From positions 160,001-224,000 of the forward strand of contig CAVYNY010000032.1 in NCBI GenBank assembly GCA_963769935.1: 64,000 bases of DNA, in the 5' to 3' direction. This stretch comes from an uncultured delta proteobacterium. Lineage in GTDB: Bacteria; Desulfobacterota; Desulfobacteria; Desulfobacterales; JAFDCJ01. Below, in pieces: positions 29,480 to 39,226 of this stretch. Positions within the stretch are counted from its first letter, which is position 1. The number at the start of each line of letters is the position of its first letter. The position numbers and the translations under genes were made by a program. Below the pieces are notes generated by a model, which was not told where the DNA came from, did no database searches, and was given only the letters and a program-made list of their open reading frames with translations.

Positions 29480-30906
29480 ACACCTCGGATTACCGTCCGG
29501 TAACGCCTGAAATTGTCGACGATTTGAAGCGCATTTGCGGCGAGGCGTTTGTTTATTTTGATGACGAAAAAAAACTTGCGAAATACTCACGCGACAAGGT
29601 GCCTGAAGAGTACGGCCATATGCCTGAAGTTGTCGTGCTGCCGAAAACAGCACAGGAAATCGCCGCGGTGGTGAGACTGGCGAATCGCGAAATGATCCCC
29701 ATCACCCCCCGGGCCGCCGGCAGCGGCCTTTCCGGCGGCGCGGTTCCTATTTACGGCGGTATCCTGCTGTCGATTGAGCGGATGAACAATATTATCGAAG
29801 TCGATGTTAAGAACCTGATGGCGGTGGTCGAGCCGGGTGTGGTAACCAATAAACTGGACGATGCCTTGCGGGAATACGGATTGTTTTTTGCCGGGTACCC
29901 GATGAGCGAGGAATTCTGTTTCATCGGCGGCAATGTGGCTGAAAACGCTGGCGGCGGCCGGGCCGTCAAATACGGGGTAACGGGACACTACATCCATGGG
30001 CTCGAGATCGTTGCCCCAACCGGCGAAATTATTCAGCTGGGCGGCAAGCGCATCAAGGATGCAACCGGCTACAACCTGGTTCAACTGATGGTCGGTTCGG
30101 AGGGAACCCTCGGCATTTTCAGCAAGATTTTCGTCAAACTGCTGCCGCGTCCCACGGTTCGGCAGGCCATCCTGGTGCTGTTTGAGGACCCGGCAACCGC
30201 CATTGCCGTCGTGCCTGAAGTGATGACCTCCGGCCGGATGGTGCCGACCTCGATTGAATTTATGGATGGATTCACCTTTACCATGACAGCCAGGGCCCTT
30301 AAGGAGCCTTTTCCTTACGAGAAAATCGGCGCGGTCCTGCTCTTCGAGGTTGATGGTACGCATTTGTCTTCAGTCGCAGAGAACGCTGCAACCATTCGCC
30401 GGATATGCCGTGAACACGGAGCGCTCGAAGAATATTTGGCCACAACGGATCAGGAGATCGAGCGTTTTTGGCGAATTCGCAAGCGGATTCCGTGGGATCT
30501 CATGCGCTATACCTCCCATCAGTCCATCGAAGATATTGTGGTGCCGATTGCAGCCATTCCCCAGGCGTTGTCCAACCTGAAACAAATCGGTGAAAAATAT
30601 GGTGTGGTCATTCCGGTGCTCGGGCATGCGGGCGACGGCAATCTGCATGCGGTGCCGCTTAAAAATCCCGACGAGACCCTATCGCATTGGGAAAAAATCC
30701 TGCCTGCTCTGTTAAAGGATATTTATATCATGGCAGCCGAGTTGGGCGGGACCATCAGCGGTGAACATGGTATCGGCCACAAACGCAGAGATTATATGAG
30801 TCTCGTCATGAGCGAAGCGCATCTGGATATGATGAGAAAGATTAAACGCGCCCTGGATCCGAATAATATCTTAAACCCCGGTAAAGTATTCAGCCTTGGG
30901 TCATAG
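29476..30906 (+). CDS. FAD-linked oxidase, GlcD/D-lactate dehydrogenase family
   Basis: PRAAGSGLSGG, GGNVAENAGG, GSEGTLG, GHAGDGNLH, GTISGEHGIG, DPNNILNPGK. Confidence 0.9.
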   Translation: MNTSDYRPVTPEIVDDLKRICGEAFVYFDDEKKLAKYSRDKVPEEYGHMPEVVVLPKTAQEIAAVVRLANREMIPITPRAAGSGLSGGAVPIYGGILLSIERMNNIIEVDVKNLMAVVEPGVVTNKLDDALREYGLFFAGYPMSEEFCFIGGNVAENAGGGRAVKYGVTGHYIHGLEIVAPTGEIIQLGGKRIKDATGYNLVQLMVGSEGTLGIFSKIFVKLLPRPTVRQAILVLFEDPATAIAVVPEVMTSGRMVPTSIEFMDGFTFTMTARALKEPFPYEKIGAVLLFEVDGTHLSSVAENAATIRRICREHGALEEYLATTDQEIERFWRIRKRIPWDLMRYTSHQSIEDIVVPIAAIPQALSNLKQIGEKYGVVIPVLGHAGDGNLHAVPLKNPDETLSHWEKILPALLKDIYIMAAELGGTISGEHGIGHKRRDYMSLVMSEAHLDMMRKIKRALDPNNILNPGKVFSLGS

Positions 30907-31120
30907 TTGCGACCCCTCCCCGACAATCAAACCAGCCGGAATTGCCGCTTAACGATAAGAGCGCCGCATGCCGGGAATTTGAAAATTCGTATGATTTTCG
31001 TGTTGATTCGTGGCTTCTTTCAAACAGCTGAATTGTTACTTATTGGCAATAATGCGGCATCCATTCGAACCGCTTGCATTTGCTGTTGCAATTATGCCAA
31101 AGAATGCGCAATATCAGCCC

Positions 31121-31996
31121 ATGGAAATCAAAGCTAAAAAAGACGGTCCGATCCTCGACCTCTTGCTCGAAGAGTTTGGGTCCGCTTCCAAAACGCGCAT
31201 CCGGAAAATGCTGAAATACGAGATGGTCAAGGTGGACGGTAAAACGATCTCGCGCGCCGATTTTGCTGTTAAAGCCGGCCAACACCTTGAATACGTGAAA
31301 AAAACGATGCCGGACAAAACTGTCCAGGCGCCTGTTCCGATCATTTTTGAAGATGATTACCTTTTGGTCGTGGAAAAACCGCCCGGTCTGCTGACCTATG
31401 GTGAAAAAGGTACCGGGGGCACCTCATTGTACCGGATCCTCAAGGATTTCATAAAACAGCGATCATCCGGACGGCAAGGTGTGTATGTCGTTCACCGGCT
31501 CGACCGGGAGGTTTCCGGTTTGGTCCTGTTTGCAAAGAATGAAAAGATCCAACAACAAATTAAGGCCAACTGGAAGGGGACCAAAAAATTATATTATGCC
31601 CTGGTTGAAGGTCGACCGGAAAACGAGGCCGGAACGCGGCGAAGCTGGTTAAAGGAAGGTCCCGGCCGTAAAATGACTGAGGTAGACAAACCGGATGGCG
31701 CCAAGCTGGCCGTCACCCATTACCGGATTTTGAAAAAGCTGCGCGGCTGCACCCTGCTTGAGATCGAACCTGAAACCGGCCGGAAAAACCAGGTGCGCGT
31801 GCACCTGGCGGGATTGGGCTGCCCGCTGGTGGGGGATCGGCGATATGGAGCGGTTGACGAGGTTTTGCGGCGAATCCGCCTGCATGCGTTTTATCTGAGC
31901 TTCAGCCACCCTGTCTCCGCTCGTTTTTTGGAATTCAGGAACCCGATGCCGGAAGCATTCCTGGTTTTGGGAAACAAAGACGAAGTCTACAAATAA
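31121..31996 (+). CDS. RluA/RluD-family RNA pseudouridine synthase
   Basis: EKPPGL, VHRLDREVSG, TGRKNQVRVH, PLVGDRRYG, LHA; start uncertain (31094 or 31121). Confidence 0.9.
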   Translation: MEIKAKKDGPILDLLLEEFGSASKTRIRKMLKYEMVKVDGKTISRADFAVKAGQHLEYVKKTMPDKTVQAPVPIIFEDDYLLVVEKPPGLLTYGEKGTGGTSLYRILKDFIKQRSSGRQGVYVVHRLDREVSGLVLFAKNEKIQQQIKANWKGTKKLYYALVEGRPENEAGTRRSWLKEGPGRKMTEVDKPDGAKLAVTHYRILKKLRGCTLLEIEPETGRKNQVRVHLAGLGCPLVGDRRYGAVDEVLRRIRLHAFYLSFSHPVSARFLEFRNPMPEAFLVLGNKDEVYK

Positions 31997-32013
31997 GGAA
32001 GTCTACAAATAAG
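31982..32013. repeat. Perfect tandem duplication GAAGTCTACAAATAAG x2 spanning the rluA stop codon
   Basis: Seen directly. Confidence 0.9.
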
Positions 32014-32017
32014 AACG

Positions 32018-32152
32018 ATGCGAATCCATGAGGCACTAATTTTTCCCGGGAAAGGCGTGTCCAAGCCCGTGCTGCAGCCTGCGGTGGACTACCGGCGCAA
32101 CATCGACAAGCAGATCGGCGACCGCATTGCCAAGGGTGTGATCCACGACTGA
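32018..32152 (+). pseudogene. Short gene relic resembling the C-terminus of a monofunctional catalase
   Basis: Translates ...GVSKPVLQPAVDYRRNIDKQIGDRIAKGV; resemblance from memory only. Confidence 0.4.
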
Positions 32153-32559
32153 AATTTAACGGTACCTTCCTGCCAATTTGTCAATTTTAAAGATCTGACC
32201 CTCTTTTTCCTCAGACATGAAAACTTGGTTCGAATCGCATCAGCAGCTGGCGCGTTATCGGCTGGTGTACCCGATTCGAACAAAAAATTCCTTCGCGCTC
32301 TTTGCGCCTTCGCGGTTCAATCTTTCATAGTAGTGTACTAAAACGAACTAATTTGAGTACTTTGCAGGGTTTTTAATTCACTATTCAAGCTTTGACCCTC
32401 TTCATTTTTTACAAACCTGGTCCTCTTTTGAAAAGAAAATTATGTACTGGATTTTTCGGGATGATTAATATACCTTTTTCAGGTTCTAAACAGATCGGTT
32501 TGCCGCCGCGGCGGGATGCATCAGCGTATCAAACGTGAAATTATTTTGGAGAGAGCCTT

Positions 32560-32745
32560 AACCCGGACAAGCCGGAACAAAAAAGGACAAATTAATCACG
32601 AAAGCACGAAAGGCCGAAAACACGAAAAGAGGATAAGATAAATTTCGTGCTCACGCGGCGCACACAGCAGCGCTGCGCGTTAAAAATTTCGTGTTTTCGT
32701 GGTGAAAAAAGTTTTTCATAAAATGCAAAGAATTCACAATTAAGA
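32560..32745. repeat. Dispersed MITE-like repeat (CACGAAA arms, AACCCGGACAAGCCGGAAC end)
   Basis: Reverse-complement copy at 51988-52143. Confidence 0.8.
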
Positions 32746-32791
32746 CTATAAAGGCCTATCGTCCAAACCTGAAACAGGAAAGGCAAATGCA

Positions 32792-33676
32792 ATGAGCGTC
32801 TGTGTCGAGGATAATGTTCTGGAAGAGTTGTTAACGCTCTTAAAACTTGAAAAAATAGAGGACAACATCTTTCGCGGCCAGAGCCAGGACTTGGGCTTCG
32901 GCAGCGTTTTTGGCGGGCAGGTATTGGGCCAGGCGCTGTCGGCCGCCTATCAGACCGTGCCGCCGGAGCGCAGCGTTCACAGCCTGCATGCCTATTTTTT
33001 AAGACCGGGGATTGCGACAAAACCAATCGTCTATGATGTCGACTGCATCCGGGACGGAAAAAGTTTTACCACCCGCCGGGTTCGTGCCATTCAGAAAGGA
33101 CGTGCGATATTCAACATGGCGGCTTCCTTTCAAATAGACGAACCCGGATTTGACCATCAGGAAAGTGCACCTGAAGTTCCCGGACCGGAAGGCTTGAAGT
33201 CCGAACTGGCGCTCGCCCGCCGGGTGGCGGATAAAATTTCACCTAAAATTCGAGATAAAATTCTTTGCAAAAAACCGATTGAGGTGAGAACCGTTAACCC
33301 CGCAGATCCTTTTGCGCCGGAAAAAAGAGAGCCCGTGCGCTGCGCCTGGCTCAAAGCCATCGATAAGCTGCCGGATGATCCGGCGGTACATCAATATCTG
33401 CTCGCCTATGCCTCCGATTTCGGCCTGATCGCGCCTACACTTTATCCCCACGGCCACAGCCCATGGGAGCCGGAAATGCAGGTTGCCAGCCTGGATCATG
33501 CCATGTGGTTTCATCGGAAGTTCCGCATGGATGAATGGCTGTTGTATGTCATGAAAAGTACCAATGCCTGCAAAGCCAGGGGATTGAGCGACGGCAAAAT
33601 CTACACCCGGGGCGGCACCCTCGTTGCATCTGTTGCCCAGGAAGGCCTGATTCGATATCATGGGTTGGAAGGCTAA
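32792..33676 (+). CDS. tesB: Acyl-CoA thioesterase II
   Basis: VFGGQVLGQAL, HSLHAYFLRPG, RDGKSFTTRRV, LAYASD, ASLDHAMWFH, VAQEGLIR. Confidence 0.95.
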   Translation: MSVCVEDNVLEELLTLLKLEKIEDNIFRGQSQDLGFGSVFGGQVLGQALSAAYQTVPPERSVHSLHAYFLRPGIATKPIVYDVDCIRDGKSFTTRRVRAIQKGRAIFNMAASFQIDEPGFDHQESAPEVPGPEGLKSELALARRVADKISPKIRDKILCKKPIEVRTVNPADPFAPEKREPVRCAWLKAIDKLPDDPAVHQYLLAYASDFGLIAPTLYPHGHSPWEPEMQVASLDHAMWFHRKFRMDEWLLYVMKSTNACKARGLSDGKIYTRGGTLVASVAQEGLIRYHGLEG

Positions 33677-33710
33677 AGGTAAAAGGCGCAAGGTAAAAGG
33701 TAAAAGGATA
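33671..33710. repeat. AAAGGT/AAGGCG heptamer run overlapping the tesB stop codon
   Basis: ggctaaaggtaaaaggcgcaaggtaaaaggtaaaaggata. Confidence 0.7.
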
Positions 33711-33804
33711 ATGGATCGATAGAGGCTCAAGATCACAATATATTTTGAGGGGGAAAATAGATTCAGGTATGAATATAAAGATTTTCCTTTAAGAGAAAAA
33801 AGCC

Positions 33805-34470
33805 ATGCACAAAATTGAAGCCATACTGATGGCGGTAGTCATCCTCGGTTGTGCGACCACAGAGGAACCTGTGAAAACATTTACCGCCGTTCAGGTAACC
33901 AAAGACAATATTTTTTCCTACGGTTCGGTAGCGGTGAAAGTGAACCCGAATCTGGATTATTTGAATATTTCAGGAACTATCAAGAAGGAGGAAACGGGCG
34001 TTTCCAATGATCCGACAATAAGGGATTTTTATATATTCACCCGTCCCGGAACAGACAAGATCATTCTGATAGAAACCAACTCCCGAAATCAGCAGAATCC
34101 CTTTCAACTTCCGCAGGATGAATTGATGTTAGATATGCCGGTGATTCAAAAAGGCCAAAAACCCATTGCCGGCAGGCTCTGGGAAATTTACATCAGAGCG
34201 CTGCCCGAATTCCCCGAGCAAATATCCAGCGCCGTCAGACAAAAAGGAATTCGTATCGAGCCCTACCGCTGCGGCCTGGAAATCGGTGCCGGCAAGGTAC
34301 TGGACCGCTTTCACAGGATTTACATCAAATACATCAAGGGGGTCGATGACTGCCAGACGCTGCCGCAAAACGGCGGTGTGCTCAGCGATGCGCAATTGCG
34401 GTCAATACGCGAGTTGGCAAGCCAGTTTGACGAAAATATCACGATTTTGGATCAAGCAGGCGGATCATGA
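33805..34470 (+). CDS. Hypothetical lipoprotein
   Basis: Lipobox VILGC after a short hydrophobic signal. Confidence 0.7.
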   Translation: MHKIEAILMAVVILGCATTEEPVKTFTAVQVTKDNIFSYGSVAVKVNPNLDYLNISGTIKKEETGVSNDPTIRDFYIFTRPGTDKIILIETNSRNQQNPFQLPQDELMLDMPVIQKGQKPIAGRLWEIYIRALPEFPEQISSAVRQKGIRIEPYRCGLEIGAGKVLDRFHRIYIKYIKGVDDCQTLPQNGGVLSDAQLRSIRELASQFDENITILDQAGGS

Positions 34471-34799
34471 TCCCATTGTTGCTGCTGATTTCCTATCGCC
34501 CCAAAGCCGATGGGAGACAGATTAACTATCCGGCCATCCGGGTCTATTTCCACAGCCGCGGCCGGAATTGCGGAATACCATACCCCGACATCCCGGCCTG
34601 AATGGTCTAAGATGTTGAACCCCCAGGGATTGACGGTGCTGCCCGGAGCCTGGAGGGAAACCTTTTCTATCAGAGCCTGGAAATCCTTCGAATGGGGATC
34701 AATTTTCACCCGCAGATTGGAACTCAGCTCGTAATTTTCCTTTATTCCAACGATGGCGATGGGCCTGCTATACGTCCCCCTGTAGTAATATTTGAGATC
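34452..34799 (-). pseudogene. 5'-truncated exported protein/lipoprotein gene
   Basis: Protein-like frame DLKYYYRGTYSRPIAIVGIKENYEL...ILDHSGRDVGVWYS runs up to the ATG of the divergent gene with no start or signal peptide. Confidence 0.5.
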
Positions 34800-35462
34800 A
34801 TGAGTAAATTTCTTGCAATAGAAAGAATACCCGGTGTTTTGGCGTCCGCTTACGAGAAGGCCGCCCAGTTGGCGATCGAAAGCTACTACCGCCAGGTTGC
34901 GGAGGAAATCGTAGCGGGATTCAAAGAAGGTATTATCCTTGATCTCGGTACCGGTCCGGGGTATCTGCCGGTTGAAATCTTGCAGCGGTCACCGGCGATC
35001 AGGATTGTCGGGGTGGACCTGAGCCAAAAATTGATTCACAAGGCCAACGCTAACGTGATTAAAGCCGGAGTGTCCGAGCGTGTCAGTTTCGAAGTTGGAA
35101 ACGCCGCTAAACTGAGCTATAATGATGATTCTTTCGATATGGTTATCAGCACCGGCATGCTGCATTCGCTAAAAAATCCGGTAAATGTCTTGATGGAGAT
35201 AAAGCGGGTGCTGAAAAAGGGCGGCGAAGCCTGGATATATGACCCTGCAAGAATAACCCAGTTTATCGACCGCGAAAAATGGAAAGCCTCATTGAATCGG
35301 CGCGAGCGGTTTTTTTTGTGGTTTTTCGGCCTGCTCGGTTTGCATAAACCCATAGCCGTTTATCGCCGCGACCAGGCGATTTCCATGATTGAAGCGGCCG
35401 GTTTTAAAACTTATACCATTGAGGAAGGTGACGGCGAGATAAGAATGAGATTAAAAAAATAG
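34800..35462 (+). CDS. Class I SAM-dependent methyltransferase
   Basis: ILDLGTGPG, VGVDLS, SFDMVIS, RVLKKGG. Confidence 0.88.
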   Translation: MSKFLAIERIPGVLASAYEKAAQLAIESYYRQVAEEIVAGFKEGIILDLGTGPGYLPVEILQRSPAIRIVGVDLSQKLIHKANANVIKAGVSERVSFEVGNAAKLSYNDDSFDMVISTGMLHSLKNPVNVLMEIKRVLKKGGEAWIYDPARITQFIDREKWKASLNRRERFFLWFFGLLGLHKPIAVYRRDQAISMIEAAGFKTYTIEEGDGEIRMRLKK

Positions 35463-35524
35463 TCCTGAGTTAAAATGCCTAAAATGTCTAAAATGCCTAA
35501 AATTAAGGATGCCAATCATTATCA

Positions 35525-35938
35525 ATGAACGACACAGTTACTATCATCGGCAGAATTGTAAGCGGAGTTAAAAAAGGGGCTTCTTTTACCCAGCTTGATT
35601 GGGTTCAGGAGCAGTGTCAGAAAAAACTTGGTTTCAAGCCCTACCCGGGAACCCTCAACCTTGAAATCGATGAAGCAACCATTCCCGTTGTCGAAGCGCT
35701 CCAGCAGGGGGAGAGCCTGGAGCTTGCGCCCCCGGACGCGGGTTTTCGTTCCGGGCATGTCTATCCGATATCCGTCATGGGCGTGTCCGGGGCTATCGTT
35801 GCACCGGCTGAAGAAGTCAGGGTCCATGGCAAAAATATTATCGAAATTATGGCACCGATAAGTCTGAAAGAAGCATTGGACGTGAAAGACGGCGACGAAA
35901 TCATGCTGACTTTCAAACGAAAGACGGCTGATAGCTGA
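35525..35938 (+). CDS. CTP-dependent (archaeal-type, DUF120) riboflavin kinase
   Basis: GRIVSGVKKG..F, LGFKPYPGTLNL, IEIMAPISLKEAL..KDGD. Confidence 0.82.
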   Translation: MNDTVTIIGRIVSGVKKGASFTQLDWVQEQCQKKLGFKPYPGTLNLEIDEATIPVVEALQQGESLELAPPDAGFRSGHVYPISVMGVSGAIVAPAEEVRVHGKNIIEIMAPISLKEALDVKDGDEIMLTFKRKTADS

Positions 35939-36062
35939 TAGTCTAAACTTGGTTGAGTGGTTTCCCAACACGGCCGGATTCAACGTTTGCACGCTTGCGG
36001 GCGGGTTTCGTGGTAAAATAGATTTTTAAATAAGATACAAAGAAATCGCAATTATTAACTTA

Positions 36063-36110
36063 AACAACCCACAACCCACAACCGACAACAAACAACACCC
36101 AACCTACTAC
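36063..36110. repeat. ACAACCC-type heptamer run
   Basis: acaacccacaacccacaaccgacaacaaacaacacccaacc. Confidence 0.7.
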
Positions 36111-36131
36111 TGACCTCTTGCGGAGAATACT

Positions 36132-36839
36132 GTGCCCATTGCCAAACTCGCCTTGACCGTCGATGCGGTTATTTTTGATCTGGATGGCACCCTGATTGAT
36201 TCGGCGCCGATTTATTACGAATTGATCGATGTCATTTTTAAAAGACTGGGCATTCCGCCGGTTGGCAGACATGTCCTGCTGGAGGCCATGCAAGACGGCG
36301 AATTTGAATGGGCTCTGGTGCTTCCGGAAGGGATGAAAGCCTGCAAAGCGGAAGTGATCAAAAACGCGCAGAAAATCATTGACGATATTGCACCCTCGAT
36401 GTTTCGCAGGCAGGTCAAGTTGATTCCCGGCACGGCGGAGGTATTCAAGGAGATTGCGGCAGATGGCTTGAGGCTGGCCCTGGCCACCTCCACGCTCCGG
36501 CAGTATATGGCGGTAAAGCTTGCACCCTTAAGAGAGGCGGGGATTGAAAACCTGCTCGAGGTCATCATTACGGCCGACGATGTGCAAAACAAAAAACCTC
36601 ATGCCGAACCCCTGCTTAAATGCAGCGGAATGCTGGGCCTGGATCCCGGTCAATGCGCTTACGTGGGCGATACGCGGGTGGATATCAGGGCCGGCAGGGC
36701 TGCCGGCATGCAGACGGTCGGCGTGTTGTCGGGATTTGACGACTATGCGGCCTTAAAAAACGAAAACCCCAATGCCATAATTAAGAGCATTGCCGAGCTG
36801 AAAGCAACCTTGGCCTTTAGGTCGCAAGGCGCTTGGTGA
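36132..36839 (+). CDS. HAD-superfamily phosphatase
   Basis: FDLDGTLIDS, LATS, KKPHAEP, YVGDTRVDIRAGRAAGM. Confidence 0.9.
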   Translation: MPIAKLALTVDAVIFDLDGTLIDSAPIYYELIDVIFKRLGIPPVGRHVLLEAMQDGEFEWALVLPEGMKACKAEVIKNAQKIIDDIAPSMFRRQVKLIPGTAEVFKEIAADGLRLALATSTLRQYMAVKLAPLREAGIENLLEVIITADDVQNKKPHAEPLLKCSGMLGLDPGQCAYVGDTRVDIRAGRAAGMQTVGVLSGFDDYAALKNENPNAIIKSIAELKATLAFRSQGAW

Positions 36840-36886
36840 CCCTTCCCCGACAACATGGTATCAAGGACTGCAAGGTTTCAGGTTTC

Positions 36887-37007
36887 AGCCTGTGGTGGGA
36901 GTGGCTTGTAGCCACGATTAGCGGTATTTGTTCGACCGAGTTCATCGCGGTTGCCTCCAGCCCGTAGGGCTTACGCCCCGGAGGGGAAATCGCTCCCACT
37001 ACAGGCT
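36887..37007. repeat. REPIN-like inverted pair (GTGGGAG..GC...GCTCCCAC) with a nested hairpin insertion at 36954-36984
   Basis: agcctgtggtgggagtggcttgtagccacgat ... atcgcggttg[cctccagcccgtagggcttacgccccggagg]ggaaatcgctcccactacaggct. Confidence 0.65.
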
Positions 37008-37112
37008 AAAACTGTTTTCAGGTTCGCAAAAAGTTCCGATTTCCAAAAGTTTCTTTTATGATCAGACCGGCCGTTGTTTTGGCCGGCGGCGGGGCTGACA
37101 CCTGAAACCTAT

Positions 37113-38717
37113 TCAACTCCCGATGGCATAGGCCTGCCGGCGCGGGTCGGCTCCTCCCATGAGAATTCCATGGTCGGTGTCGACCAGGATGGCCTGCGCG
37201 CTGCCCATTATCGCGTGCCATTCAGGCAAAAGCGCCACCCGGTGCCCCCTGGCCTGCAGTTCGGCGATGGTCTCGGGCGGAAAACGGCCTTCCATCTGCA
37301 GGGTCCCATCCGGGTTGCCTCGCCAGCGCGGCGCTTCGACGGCCTCCTGCACATTGGCTTCAAATTCAAGCATGCTGGTAATCACCTGGATAACCGTCTG
37401 GGTTTGACCGTCGGCGCCGGGTGTGCCCAGAACGATGCGGGGCCGGCCGTCTTTAAGGATCATGGCCGGATGCAGCGTGTGATAGGGTCGTTTGTGGGGC
37501 TCGAGGCGGTTGACGTGATCCGGGTCCAGGGTGAACCCCCGGCCGCGGTTGTGCAGGAGTATGCCGGTCTGCGGGACCATGGTGCAGCTGCCAAAAAATT
37601 CAAACAGGCTTTGGATCAATGAAACGGCATTTCCGTCGCCATCGACCACGGCCAGGTAAATCGTGTCGCTGCCGCCCGTAAAAACCGTGGGCGCAACCGC
37701 CGGGGCGGCGGCGGCGGGGTTAATCCGTTCGATTTGTTTTTTAGCATAGGCTTTATCCAGCAATTGTGCGACCGGTACCGGGTGGAAAGCCGGATCGCAG
37801 ACATACCGGTCGCGATCGGCAAAAGCGAGTTTTTTGGCTTCGACCATCAGATGCACAATTTCGGCCCGACCGAATCCTCCCATGTCCGCCAGATCATAGT
37901 TTTCCAGCATATTGGCCTGCATCAGGAGGGCAATCCCCTGGGAACCGGGCGGCTGAGTGCAGATTTCGCAGCCTTTGTATCCTGTTCTGAGCGGCGCATG
38001 CCAGGTGGCGGTATGATCGGCCAGGTCCTGATGGCTGAACAGGCCTCCGGCAGCTTCCGAGAAGGCAATCAGGGCGTCGCCCAGGGGGCCGCGATAAAAG
38101 GCATCCGGCCCCTTATCGGCCAGCATTTTAAGCGATTCAGCCAGGTGCGGCTGAACCAGCAGCTCGCCGACCTTGGGCAATTTGCCGTGTTTAAAGAAAG
38201 TTTCAGCCGCAGCCGGTGATTGTTCCAGATATTTGCGGCGTTCTTCCATGGCGTTTATCAGTTCGGCGTAGATTGGGAAGCCGTTTGCCGCGTATTTTAT
38301 GGCTTTGGGCAGCAGCTGGTCCAGGCGCATGGTGCCGTGCTTTTCAAGGGCGGCCTGCCAGCCGGCGATGGCGCCGGGTACGGTGGCCGTCAATATTCCG
38401 GTTTCGGGCAGGGAGGGATAGCCTCTTTCACGAAAGACGTCCAGGTCGGCGGCATACGGTGCGCGACCGCTGGCGTCGAGTGCTTCAATTTTTTTCTCGC
38501 GGGCCATATAGATCAGGGCAAACAGGTCCCCGCCGAGCCCGCACATATGGGGCCGGACCACGGCCATGACCAGATTGGCGGCGATGGCCGCGTCCACGGC
38601 ATTGCCGCCGGCCTCCAGGACAGCCGCTCCCGCCTGGGCCGCCAGCGGATGGTCCGCCGTGATCATCCAATCGGTTCCCATGACAATCGGACGATGAGCG
38701 CTGAATCGAGTCTGCAT
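37113..38717 (-). CDS. ggt: Gamma-glutamyltransferase family (Ntn hydrolase)
   Basis: GGNAVDAAIA, GLGGD, TVPG, DTIYLAVVDGDGN (Thr nucleophile), PHKRPYHTL, GTPG, GGADPRR. Confidence 0.92.
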   Translation of the reverse strand: MQTRFSAHRPIVMGTDWMITADHPLAAQAGAAVLEAGGNAVDAAIAANLVMAVVRPHMCGLGGDLFALIYMAREKKIEALDASGRAPYAADLDVFRERGYPSLPETGILTATVPGAIAGWQAALEKHGTMRLDQLLPKAIKYAANGFPIYAELINAMEERRKYLEQSPAAAETFFKHGKLPKVGELLVQPHLAESLKMLADKGPDAFYRGPLGDALIAFSEAAGGLFSHQDLADHTATWHAPLRTGYKGCEICTQPPGSQGIALLMQANMLENYDLADMGGFGRAEIVHLMVEAKKLAFADRDRYVCDPAFHPVPVAQLLDKAYAKKQIERINPAAAAPAVAPTVFTGGSDTIYLAVVDGDGNAVSLIQSLFEFFGSCTMVPQTGILLHNRGRGFTLDPDHVNRLEPHKRPYHTLHPAMILKDGRPRIVLGTPGADGQTQTVIQVITSMLEFEANVQEAVEAPRWRGNPDGTLQMEGRFPPETIAELQARGHRVALLPEWHAIMGSAQAILVDTDHGILMGGADPRRQAYAIGS

Positions 38718-38732
38718 TATTGCCTCTCCTCC

Positions 38733-39203
38733 TCAATTATGTATGTCCGGCGTCCAGTCCTGAAGGAATGAACCGGATTCAATAAGCTCAAATTCAATTT
38801 GATTCACCAGCAGGTGGCCGAAGGCCTCGGAACCGAACCATCCCACATCGAACAGGATGGACGTCATGGTAGCGGTGCGGCGCTCGATGAATAGTTCGAT
38901 AGTCTTGTCTCTAGTGTCGGAAAAGCGATAAGATGCATTATCTTTTCCAATTTTTTCCTTTTTAACTTCAAGTGAAAGGGCTTTAGCGGCCTGCTTGGCG
39001 GCCGCGGTAACATCGTCATATCGCGCTATCCAATAACTTTCGCCTTTGCCCCCGCCTAAATGATTAATAGCAACGGGAGCACCGCTGCCGGCTGCGCCGA
39101 TAGTGGTGATTGCAATCGGAGAAAAACATCCGACAATCCAAATCAGGAAACTGAACAAGGCTGTAAACTCAAGAATGACCACGCTGATTTTTTTCATTAT
39201 CAT
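38733..39203 (-). CDS. Putative lipoprotein (DUF3568-like)
   Basis: IVGC lipobox, Gly/Ala-rich segment, VGWFG. Confidence 0.55.
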   Translation of the reverse strand: MIMKKISVVILEFTALFSFLIWIVGCFSPIAITTIGAAGSGAPVAINHLGGGKGESYWIARYDDVTAAAKQAAKALSLEVKKEKIGKDNASYRFSDTRDKTIELFIERRTATMTSILFDVGWFGSEAFGHLLVNQIEFELIESGSFLQDWTPDIHN

Positions 39204-39226
39204 TACAATCGCTTAAGTTAACATCT

